Made by a program: the position numbers and the translations under genes
Notes under the pieces: generated by a model
The model's input: the letters and a program-made list of their open reading frames with translations, nothing else
Database searches by the model: none
What the model was told of the DNA's origin: nothing
Part shown: in pieces, positions 48,025 to 59,900 of the stretch
Position numbering within the stretch: position 1 is the stretch's first letter
Layout: each line of letters begins with the position of its first letter
Source: Raillietiella orientalis
Taxonomy: Eukaryota
DNA length: 64,000 nucleotides
Direction: 5' to 3'
Assembly (NCBI GenBank): GCA_036172245.1
Contig: JAYWIR010000056.1
Location: 1 to 64,000, forward strand

Positions 48025-49316
48025 GGCTAGCAGAATAACGTGCGGGAGCCGTGAGACAAGCCTGGCAATCGGGGTCGGCCGGCTTGCTGGACGACCAGGG
48101 CTGGGAGCACTGGGCTTCCGCTCAGGTAAAGGGGATTATAAAAAAATTTTATTTCTTCCTTTACGCGAGAGCGCCTCCAGAGCGGGATGTCGCGTGACTC
48201 TTGCTCCCGGAAGGGGCCTTTACGATCGGGGAGGCGGACAGATAGAACCTTGATGAGCCTTTCACGGTGGGTGAAATGATTACCGCCATCGGAAAGCTCA
48301 AGAGGCGCAAGGCTCCAGGGAGGACGGCCTGCCAGTTAAATTTTTTCAATGTTTTGAGGCAGGGCTCACTCCCCTGGTGCAGAAACTCACCTTGCTAATG
48401 AGCGAGACAGGCAACCGCCTGAGAGTTGGCTTGAGACCCATTTCAAGAAAACAGGTTTTACTGGGTCCTGGTGAGTAACACTTCCGTGGCTCCCTTCTCC
48501 ACCTTCTGCTTTTTGTTCGTTTCTTGGAACAGAGAAGTAGGAAAAGGACGAAGGACCTCCTGAGCATCGACGTTTGCGGCAAAGGTAGGTCCCGAGTCCG
48601 GTTGAAAGGCTTGTGCGCTCCGCGTCGGGAAGGCGGTATCGGCCTCCTGCCACGGGAGTGGCTGGGGCTTCTGCTCTATTTCAGGATTCTTGCCCTTGCA
48701 GCAAAGCTATGGAGCACCAACTGGTGCGTTTCTGCACACCTCGCAGTGCAGTCCAGTCACCGGCATCGCGGGACTTGAGTCTTTCGTTGCAGTCTTTAAC
48801 CGTCACATCTCCCATTGCGGATTGCAGCTTCGAAGGGTGGCCACCGTTACGAGGAAGGTCTCAGGATGGATCTCCTGCCGCCCCGCGATGGGTAGCTCCT
48901 GGCTACAGAATACCGGTCGCACCTGGGCAAGTAGTCAGGAGCAAGGCACGGAACAGGTGCGAAGATTCCTGTTCGTGCGCAACAATCGTTTCACGCTCCA
49001 AGAGATCCTGGAGGATCCTGGAAAAACCGCATGGGCAGGAAGAACTTCCTTCGCTACAGCGCTGCTCTCTTACAGGGAGCACCTGAGCAGCACCATCGCG
49101 GCAAAATGGGAAGTTTTGATGAAAATCCCCGGGAAGGAGAAGGGGCTCGAAAAATGAAAATCGGATAAGCTGACCAGAGATGCGACCCCGAGTACAACCT
49201 CAAATGGTCTTTTGCACTTAGCGATTCGCTGGATGTTTCGGTGGAACACCTGGTATGGCTCCCGGTGCTCATGGACACGCGCATCTTCCCCATGAAGTGG
49301 CAGCAGTCGGTGCTGT
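48025..49316 (+). mobile_element. D-like element remnant D3 (linker/RT N-terminus, deletion, C-terminal region)
   Basis: QAWQSGSAGLLDDQG..LDEPF..KAPG; LCAPRREGG; FPMKWQQSVL. Confidence 0.8.
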
Positions 49317-49905
49317 TTCACACCCAGGGTGTGCCGGTGCGCTTATTTCTTCACAAAACAAACGAACAAACATGTGTAGGGCTATAGACCCTACAACATC
49401 CGATAAAAATTCTGAACTTGCCGAGTAGTCAGCGCTCAGGTCGGCGACTTCGACTCGGCAGCGGAGGGGGAAGAGACAAACAAAAACACAAAAAGAAAGC
49501 ACTATTTACAAAAGCAAGGGGTACGGGGGAGGGATCACGTTCCACTGGGTCGTCCTCTGCATCTTTCCTAGGATACTGGCAAGTTCAGTCCGCATACGTC
49601 CCACATGGGAACATTCGGCTGCCGTCCTCAGGAAGCGCAGGACGGAGCAGATTGCGTCCCTATCGTTCTGTCCAACAGGGAACGTTAATGTCCCTCGATA
49701 CGATCCCATGGTACGATGCAGCATCGCCCTATTCATCTCGAGTGCCATGATAAGAAGGACGAAGATGAAGAATACGGGGACCAAGGTCCCCGCCATGAAC
49801 ATCTTTCGAGGGATCATCAGGCGGGAGATTGGGGTCAGGAATTGCGGTAAGAAACCCGCGTGGACTTACCGCTAAATCTTGCAAAAATCGCGGAAGTAGC
49901 AAACG
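49317..49905 (-). mobile_element. Family E, 5'-truncated 3' end
   Basis: ..ELASILGKMQ.., GTGATCCCTCCC after the ORF, T-rich tract, terminal AATAAGCGCACCGG..CCTGGGTG. Confidence 0.7.
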
Positions 49906-52900
49906 CGAGTGCACCGCCCTATATCCCACAGTAACCCATTCCGAGAAAACCACCCCGATCATGACATTGCAAACGCTACGTGCGCAATTGTGAACTGTGG
50001 TAATCCACAGATGAAGTACGAATTACGTTGTTATTGCCGTGGAAACTGTAAATTTTGTCGTTAGTTAATTTAGCCCACCGCATGACAGTTTAGGGAACAA
50101 AAACCACAGTCACAAAAAGTGCAGAGAGTAGGGCAGGAAATCGCAGACATGCTTTTAGGGATGCTTAAGATCAGTTTTTGATTTGATGGGGAACCTATTG
50201 CCTTCCCAGTACCCTTTGTTTGATCTCGATGATCTGTGCTTCCACTTTCGAGGTGAGAGATGCCCTCTCACTTGCTTGCCGCGCCTTAGATTTCTTTCTC
50301 GTCATTCCTCTTGACTTCCCTGGTTTTTGCATGCACACCCATTTCTGTCGTTCGGCAGGATACAGATGGTCCTCCGAAGAAATGAATTTTGTTGTGTATT
50401 TCCTCACGTAAAGAACTCCGAGTAAGGAGTATTCGGTCATTTTTCTTTGATATGCAGCATGGTTTTATGGAATCCGCAGCATCCGAGTTCCTTCATATAC
50501 CAGACATCGACAGTTCGTCGTCGATCTTTATTATGTGGGATCCAACCGAATGTTCCGTGGGTGGTCAAGCTTGCTGCGGAAAGGCCTCTAAATCATCATG
50601 GGAAATGTTGGAGGGACAAGGCTCCACGATAGAGCGTGGATGATGCCATGTTTGGAATCTTCGACGAGCTCGGCGCTCTTCTCCAGGCGCACAGTCTTCC
50701 AGTAAATGATCCCTTGCTCCGCAAAAGAGCTCACTACCATCTGCATTGGATAAGGTTTTTGGTAACCGCTGTGAGAGGTCTGCATCTTCCCTGGTAAGCC
50801 CGAAGAGTTGTTGGAGAAAGTTTTATCAGCTCCTACTGCTGAATACCTGCGCCACTTTCTCAAAAGAACGCGCTGTTTGAGATTAAGCAGGCTTACGTCA
50901 TAAGTCACGGGAGACTTGCGAGCGGATGCTGAGTTCTGTCAAGAACTCAGCATCCGTTGCGTCCGACGCTGGTAGATAGGAGGCCACAGTCCATTATTGC
51001 GCTGATTCCACGAAAGGCTATTTAAACGAATGTCCTTAATTATATGATTCACAGTGTGGCAGAGACCACAGCCTGGCTATCAAGGCTGGTTCCCTTAGGA
51101 AGAGCTGCCTTGGTGAACTACTGAATCTCGACAAATGCACAAACTATCTCCAAACTTTGTCGAACATAAAGCATCTCCAAAACACGCGCGTACATACTAA
51201 GGTACAGATAATCAGTAAGTCTTGCAAAAAGAAATCTAGAAGCCTAGAATAGGGTCAACAACCCCATCCTAAGCATGAACCTCGAGTTTGTCTTCAGGAA
51301 GCTCTCGTCGATAGTAGCAGCTACTTTGCCAATAGTATGCACGGATGACCCTGCAGTGCGGAATTACTTTGACAAACTTCTGCCGCACATGTTGAATCCA
51401 GCAGCTTTGCTCGAAACTTTGCTGGTCATAAATACCGTCTCACTGTCCTGTTATCTGTAACGGACAAACTGTGTTTTCGCCTATATAATGGCACAAAGAT
51501 AAGGATGGTCATCACAGTGGTGTGGCGATCAGTTCTTCACACACGGAGGCGTTGGGTTGAGCAATTCAGTGGTCGCAGTGTCTTCCTGCGTCGGAATTGC
51601 AAAGTCAGAGATGCTAATGTGGTCAGTTTTTCCAGGCGGACACGAGCCAAAGTCCGGAACCGAATTCGCGCGTCTATCTCATGGTTTAGAGGTCTTACGT
51701 TTTGGTCCATTCATTCGGTATAGTTTCCTGCCTACTCCCAAATGAGGAAAACATTCTGAGCTGTTTGTGTTCTCTCGGAGACTGGATGGCAATTCGGCAG
51801 ATGCTCGAATGGACACCTTGGAAAAGATGAAACTGTGAGTGCAGTTTCGCATACTTTAGTGTCCGTGCAAATAGGGGATCGCGGAGAATTTCCACCTGCC
51901 GACGGCGGCGCAGGGCCCACTTCCTTGGTGTGCGGCCACTTGCAGCAAGTTGCAAGAGCGAAAGTCAACGAGAGCTTTTCGAGAACGCATTTCAAGAAGA
52001 AATATCAGCTTTTGGGGCTGCTGTCCATGGAGACGCAAAGAACCCATTGAAACCTTCACTTACATGCACCGTATCAAATGAAAAAGAAGGATCAACAACC
52101 ATCCATTCACCGCAGGCGTAGAGGAATTTCCAGACGTTTCGTTCTTTTGCAATTTTCTGAGTCCACTAGTGATATGGTTTTTCTCACAGATGTGGAAAAT
52201 CATCTGATGGAAACGTCAAATGAGTGGAAGAAGCGCATTCCACCTGGCTTCTTTCTAAAAAAAAAAACAAGGCTCTGATCTGTGAAAGAACACCATCCTC
52301 AGCGCCTCTTTTCTATTTCGAGGAAGGCATTCTTTCTTGTTGACAAGGAGCTGCAGTCCTGCTTGAGAACATCCAAAATTCAAGCGCTCTCGTGGCAAGC
52401 CTCTCTTACCACGATCAGAAATGTAATCAAAGATCATTACTCTCAGCTTGGCTCAAATTACTCGAACTCTTATTGAATCTCTTGTGCCTTTTCTGCTTAG
52501 CACAGGAGAGTGGATATCTGAGAGCCGGAGGCTGCTGTACCTAAAGGAATGCATTCGTGAATTACAGGGCACTTTTCTGCGTTTCGTTCATTTTATTACC
52601 ATCAACAGAGAAAGCCCGAAAGAAACTCTGAACATGAAGCAGCGAATAACACGGGCATCTCATCTCTCCATGGAAGAGCGATTCCAGCTGCAGGAACCAC
52701 AGTACAATGAGTTCAAAACTGCCATGTTCTACACAGCAGGAGGAATGAAGTGATTTCCAGAAACATTTTCCCTCTCTCGTTTTCTGGAAAGCCTTCGAAT
52801 GCGTATCGCATGCAGAACCTTCCAACCAAAGGTCTCGAGTCGTTGTGTGCGAGGGAAGCAGTTATCGGCAAATCACGACACCTTCACAGCAGTTAAGATG

Positions 52901-54582
52901 GTAAGTTCCTACGTCATCGTGACGCCTTCCACAAGCTGAGCGTGCAAATTTCATGAACACTCACACAGCCAAGCGCTCAGCTTTCTCACGGTGGTATCCT
53001 CTTTACACGTTCTGGACCTCAGTGCATTTGGCGGGAAGCTGCGTGCGACGGCTGATTTCGACTGAATGCTCAAAGGCGAGAGCAAAGAGCAATTCGTGAC
53101 GGTCGCTGGATGGGAGGGAAAGGGTGAAGAGAACTTCATCGCTCACGCTCAAACAAGCCAAGGAACAACAAGTCCAGCTTGGGGATTCACTCTTTTGAAA
53201 TGCAGTCGTAAAGCAGTGATGTGAGAATCGCGCTTATGAGATAGGGACCGTTTGGGCATCTACGTCTTGCCGTTTGCGCAATCTCAGAAAGAAGCGTCTT
53301 TCATTTCGAGGTTGAATCTTCTCTGCGATGCCCGAGTCTCCCGGTTGTGATCACTTCGTTAGTAATTTCTGCGCCTCGGGCCGGTAATGCGCATTCGGCT
53401 GCAGAAAACGCAAATTTAGTTGTCGTTGAAGAAACGCAGCTTCCATGCCAAAGCGCAAGTACAGAAAAGAGGTCATCCGTTTCCCCGCGTCACCATTCAT
53501 CTTGCGCTACGGCGAAATGAAACACCCAGTTCGTGATGGGTTTTCTCCGCATCACACACTGCGACGGCTGCTGGCACTAGCGACGGCAGCTGCCAGGTCT
53601 AGACTTACCTGGTACTTTGGCTGGAGAGTGCACGCTCTCTGACTCAGCAGTTGCAGGAAACATGGATTCTCGCTCGTAACGGAGCTCTGGATCTCTTTCT
53701 CGGCGGTCCGCTGTTGCTAGTAAAGAAGTGAGGCGGGAAAAATGCGCGTTTGCACCAGCAAGCCTCTGATGTTGTTGGATCTCCAACATTTTATCCCATC
53801 AACAGAAGATCGAAATATGTGTCACCATCCTAGAAAGTCGTCCGTTAATAGTTGACTCCAAAGGCACAGTGCGATTATTACTTTTTTTACGCAAGGGTGT
53901 AGGATTCCGTCTGATGGCCGGTGAGCAGCTCGCACAATAGCAGCGGCCTGTTCTGAATCCTGCCGTGTACTTTTGCAAGAAAGAGCCAAGGAACGATGGG
54001 GCAAAGTCTTCCGTAACATTCGCGGACTGCTTCGCGTCGTTCGAGAAAACGCTCCTGGACATCACTCTTTGCCTATGGAACGAAAGCAGCCCTCCACTGA
54101 CTGTGCTGAAGAGCCAGTGCGTGCAAAAATAGAGAGAATGTATCCCGGCTTCACGAGCCATGCCGATATGGAAACAGATTACATGGCAACCTTCACAACG
54201 CAAACAGCTCCCTGCGAGGCACTTTCCTCTTTTCTCGCACTGAGACGCTGCACCGTGGTCCATTGCGGGCTACGACCAGGGAAAACCCTTGGATCTCATG
54301 CAGTCCCGCAAAAGGCAGTGTCTGGCTTCAGGAAATCATGAGCACATGGGCGGAGATTAACGAGTGGATCCTCAAGATATGGCAACGGCAGCTGCACTTT
54401 TTCTACAACTGCTTGCTCCAGCGGTGATGGGGCAACCCACCAAGTGCGCATGATCTGGGCGAACTTCCTTTGCTGCCACGCTGCCGTTTCTGCAAATCCA
54501 TCCTGGTAGCAGCAAGCTAACGGCGAGATAGAAAGTCTTCTGCGAAATAGCATCCAGAAGAAGGACGCTTACTATTTGAACC

Positions 54583-56860
54583 ACGGGACAGCTTACTGAA
54601 GCTGCGACACCAAGTCTGCAACCTCAGGTGAGTTGGGGTGAGCTGCTAAGCATTCCCCTCGGGGGATTGGTGCGTAGCCGGAATTCCGGTGTGTGCGCCG
54701 GCAAAGGGCCAGATGGTCGGGTGGAGGAAGGAGCCCTTGCGGTCGCAGTCGACTTGCGGAAAGCATTCGATTGCGTCGACCAGAATCTCCTTCTGGAGCT
54801 TCTGGAACGCTTGGGCTTCCCGGCCTCATTATTGGCCATTCTGCGCTCCAGCTGGCGCGACGCGCTGATCAATCTCTCTTTCAGCGGGCAGACCGTGCAC
54901 GGCGTGCCGGTGCGGCGTGCGATCCTGCAGGGAGACAGCCTGAGCCCCTTGCTCTTCAGTACCTACTTTAAGTTGGTACTGAGAGCGTACAGGGGAACTC
55001 TGGCGCACCTGCCGCACAACTGCGCCGGTACGCCGGCGGTTTCAGCGTACGCGGACGACCTTCTGCTGCTGCTCCCTATGTCCACCCCGGCTTCGGCGGT
55101 CGAGGAGTTCTTCGACCTGCTGAATCGGGGAACCAGACTTACGGTGAACAGGGCGAAGTCGTCCGTGATGCCAGTTGGTGCGGCGTGAGCAGGGCAGCAG
55201 GGCTGGGTCCGTTTGGTGATCCCCACGGTGAGGTACTTCAAGTACCTTGGTGTGCCGTTGGGGGACCACTCCCCTGCGTAAGCGTGTTCCGGTAGACTCC
55301 AAAAAGTAGTGACGGCGATCGGCCCCTTCCGAGGCGGCAGGTTTTTCCTGCCTGAACAGGTCGCGGTTTGGAACACGTTCGCGGCTCCTCTCCTCCGTTC
55401 CCTGCTTTTTGTTTGTTCCCCCACAGAGAGGATTAAAAAGCGGACAAAGGACATCCTCCGTATCGCCCTTTGGGGCAACGGGAGGGCCAGAGTCCGCTTG
55501 AAGGACTTGTGCGCTCCGCGTCGGGACGGTGGTCTCGGCCTCCTGACATTGGAGCGGCTGGAGCTTCAGCTCCAGTTCCGGATGTTGGCCGTTGTGCCGG
55601 AGTTCTGGTGCACCTGCTGGTGCGTCCCTGCACGTCTCCACGTCAAGAAAGCCACCGGGAAGAGGGGACTCACGTCCTTTCTTTCACTCCATCGTTCCCG
55701 CATCATCCGATGTGGGCTCCAGCTGTGGAGGGTGGCTGCCTTGGTTCGGAAAAACCAAGGATGGATCACCTGTAGCCCCGCGAACGGTAGTGTCTGGTTG
55801 CAGGAAACCGTTCGCACGTGGGCACAGTGCGGCATGCAACGCGCCCAACAGGAACGACGCTTCTTGTTTGGGTGCTACAGAAGTTGCGCGCTCCGAGAGA
55901 TCCTGGAGGATCCGAACAAGAGGGCGTGGGCAGGAAGAACCCCCTTCGCTGCTGCGCTGCCAACTATGATGGAAGATCTGGACAGCGATGTTGCGGCGAA
56001 GTGGGAGGTTAACATGATAATCTCCGGAAAGGAGAAGGAGATATGAGAGTCGAAGACGGGCCAGCTTACAGACGCTGTGTACCCGAGTACGCTCCCCATG
56101 GACTCCTTTGCTAGGGCTCGCTGCTCGATGTTCCGATTGAACGTCTGAAGTGGCCCCGCTACTAATGAACACCTCTATCCTCCCGATAAAATGGCAAGAG
56201 TCGGCATTCCTGTTGCAGCACTGGGGACTCCCCTGCAACGCCCGTCGACACCACTGGACCTGGGGAGCGGTGGATCCCAATTGTGTTAGGTGTGGGGAAC
56301 GGGAGTCCCTCCCCCACCTCCTAGTGGATTGTGTTGCCCTTCGGCCCCTTTGGTTCCGCTTTGCCGCGTCCATCGGAATCCCCTGCGGCAACCCCAGGGA
56401 CGCCTTAAAAGCCCTCTTCGTTGCCGGCGCCCTTCGGCCAGCGGCCTCGATAGCAGCCTTCTTCTGCCTTCGCGGGATCGTCGCCGCATGCAGCACGGCT
56501 ACGGGAGGACCAAGCGATCAGGATGCCATCCAGTGTGCCTCCCAATTCCTGAGGAGGGCGTCGCGATGGCCCCACCTGAATTCTCAAATACAGCAAGAGC
56601 TTTCCGGCATCCTGAGAAGGATGATGCGGCCCCAGCAGCAACAGTGATCCCTTCCCGTACCCTCCCACTCTTTTTTTCTTTTTGTTTAGTCTTTTGTTTT
56701 TCCCCCTTCCCCTGCTGCCTTGGTGGACCGTACCGGTCTGCGAACCGATGACCGGGCAGGCTCCGTGTTTCTCCGTGCGTGGCTGGAGCATTGCTGCAGC
56801 CACTGGCATCTTTGTTAAAGTTTATTTTTATATAAAGGACCCGGCGAAATTCGGGTGAAA
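54583..56860 (+). mobile_element. Family D copy D4, 5'-truncated (RT to 3' end)
   Basis: DLRKAFD, QGDSLSP, YADD, CVRCGERESLPHL, ..GILRRM; terminal TATAAAGGACCCGG-CGAAA-TTCGGGTGAAA. Confidence 0.9.
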
Positions 56861-56902
56861 ATCAAAAGCTTTACGCAGATCGACTGCGACCGCAAGGGCT
56901 CC
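56861..56902 (-). mobile_element. 42-bp remnant of another element's RT motif A
   Basis: Reverse complement GGAGCCCTTGCGGTCGCAGTCGATCTGCGTAAAGCTTTTGAT = GALAVAVDLRKAFD. Confidence 0.85.
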
Positions 56903-59900
56903 GGGCGCCGCTTCACACCTTTAGCTTTCCTCCCCGCGATCAGTAGAGTCCAAGACTCTCTCGACCTAGCTGAGCCTCGCTCATGTGAGAAGGTTTCGTC
57001 ACAGTGAATTCCAGTCGATTGCGTGAGTGGCTGTCGGAGTGCACATTTTCAGCGACCAATAGAACATCTGCTCAACCCAAGTTTCCCCTCATGTTCTTAG
57101 CGCCATGGCAAGCGAGATGGCTTCAGAAGGATTATGGAATCTAACGGAAACCATACCAAACATCTCTTCTCCGTCTACGTATAGAATCGAATTTGTAGAA
57201 TAGCGCCATCGTCACGATCTCCATCGGAGAGTTGCGATTGCTTCGAACAGGCCACCTGGTATTCTGGCTTTCATTCTAATAATCGTGCCACTACTGTGAA
57301 AGTACTCACGTAAAGACCGGTATCACTAGAAATGCTCCCCCAAATGTGGTGTTTCTCTAATGATAGAGAGCTTTCGAGATGAAAATTGTCCGGGTGCACT
57401 TTCGTTGTTCTGAATCTGGGCTGAATCTATGTCAAGATCTGAACACTAGTGTTAGGAGGGTGACATGAGGATCAGTCATCGTGCATACGCTCCCATCTAC
57501 TCAAGCAGCGGAGTTATTCCCGCTGTTCGGGAGAGTGGAAACCTCCTCTTGCGTGAAGGAAGACTTATCTGGAAGAATAATGTTTCTTCATCTCCAAAGT
57601 AGTATTTTTTACGAATGACAGTCATCGTATTCTTTGGTGATCCTTAGACAATGATGGCATTGCTCCTCGATAGCCTCATAATGAATCGATACTCTGAGCT
57701 GTTCTCAATCTACAATTGCTTGCATTGCTCTATTTCGATGAGTATTGTGTATCGCTTGAAGCGCCGATCCGTTGTGGGGGTTCAGGCCCAGCTTCTCTGA
57801 TCGTAGCTTGATAAGCGATGTTCAGAACATGGCGCACTTTTTCTTAAAAGGAGTCGTACACAGTCTTGAAACTTCGTCTCAGCATTTGCTGGTCATCTCC
57901 TGAACGCTGAAAGCATGATTCTCTCTAAATATTGCAGCGAACAATTCCTCACTACTGCCACGCCTTTTTCTTTTTTTCTACTGCTCTTCATCAAGCGTGT
58001 TTGTTGTCCTTCAATCCATTCTCCTCGTCGTCCACTTCCTTATTAGGGACCAAAGAAGGCACGAATTCATTCTCTTCTACAGATCCTTCATCATCAATTT
58101 TGAGAGTTCGAGATCTCATCCTGCATCCGAGTCATCGCTTGCAATAGACAACTGCGGCTCCTAAAGGTGCCCTTTCGCAGCCGAGAGACGAATTTTGCTG
58201 CAGAAAACAGCATCCAAAAGAGGCCAGATTTGTTCCTGAGAAGATAGAGGCAAAGATGGACGCACTTCTCATTTCGATTTCGAACTAAAGATTTCTTATG
58301 TTTCTTTTCGATAGGAATTACAGCATAAGGGTTTAGCAAAGAAACTCCCTTGACACTGGAAGGTCGAATCTTAAACTCTTCTGTATCGGCTGGCTCTTAC
58401 ATCTCTCGCACAGAGCTTTCAAAAAAGGCTTGTAGCGGAGGGGATTTCTTCACTTTATGAATGCCATCGTTGGAGCCTCTGCAGGTGATAAGACCGCACG
58501 CCGCTCTGCTCGGGCATTCCCGAATTGGTGACTGAGCGGGCCTCTGCCAGTTTTAATGGCCATCCTGCAACGCCGTTTGATGCAGGGAAACTTCAAACGT
58601 AGATCAGCAGCGGCCGACTGAGGAGCAGAATCTGAGGCTAGTTCAACTCCTTCCTGACGAAACCTCTTCAGGGCGTTCGTGACAGGGCTGAAGACTCGCG
58701 GGTCACTACGCAGTTCAAGAGCATCCTGCTGAACTGATGACGTAGCTTCCCCGAACCAGGAACCAGACTCATGATTGCTGCAAGCATGATCTCGTTTGTG
58801 CTTTCCACTCGAGAGTGTTTTATTGCAGCCTGTGCTGGGAAGCTGCATCCAGCAGCGGCACCGCAGACCCATGGAGATCGTAGAGGAAAGAGACCTCACC
58901 CGGCTTCGCGGTCCTCTGATTGTGATGAAGGAGAAAGAGAAATGTGACGAGGCTGGTCGTACGGTTTCACTGCACTCCTTCAACATTTTGCGTTCTCAAA
59001 AGACCAAACATGGGTAGAGCTCATCGTCTTCTGGTCATGGTAGCAGACAGAAGAGCCTGAAGGCCAAGGGTCTTCCTGAGCTTCGTCTAAAATAGATGCT
59101 TCTCTTTGTTTTCAGAATCATCTGGAATTGAAATTCTGCTTCTTCCGCCTTTGTAGATTAAACCTATGTTTTTGCGTTTTTATATCATTTTTTATTTGAT
59201 TCCCTCCCACCTGTTTCGTCCACAATGATGTTTTATACTTCCGAAAATAGGGTGTTCACAAATTCCTTTAATACATACACATAAATATATATAAATTGAG
59301 TCCGCCTATATATTGATTTTTTGTAACTTTTCATGTTTATATACACGGCATAATAAAGTACGGGACATACATAGTAACACATTGTATGTTCCTAAATGTC
59401 ATTAAATCAACGTGCTTAAACAATTTCACCATTAATAATATATATGTAACAAATAGTATTAATCACACTTTCCGAATAAATTTCGATAATTAGTCTAGTC
59501 TTTACACAAACATTTATGTCATTATTCATGTTGTTTCATATACATGACAATAATAAAATCAACAACTTATGAATTACCTGAATAAAATGTATGTCACTAA
59601 AATAGTAATGAATAGGAATTCACATGAAGGAGTCATAGGGTGGGGACGCGAAAACTAAGAAGCTCTGATGGAAGGTTTTCTTAGGCAAGCCACTGAAAGG
59701 CTTCTGGTCATCTGGAAACAAATATATAGTAAGGGGGCAGTGAGCAAAAAAAAAGGGGAAGTTTTGTGCAGATAGATGGCCGCTTAAGAAGGAGTCGTGA
59801 AGGGAAAGGCGTCCGTTAAAGAAGAGCTCGCCGAGGTCACATGCACAAAGAATAAATTGACGTGCCACCAGGAGGAAGGATTTTATCAATAGTCAATCGG

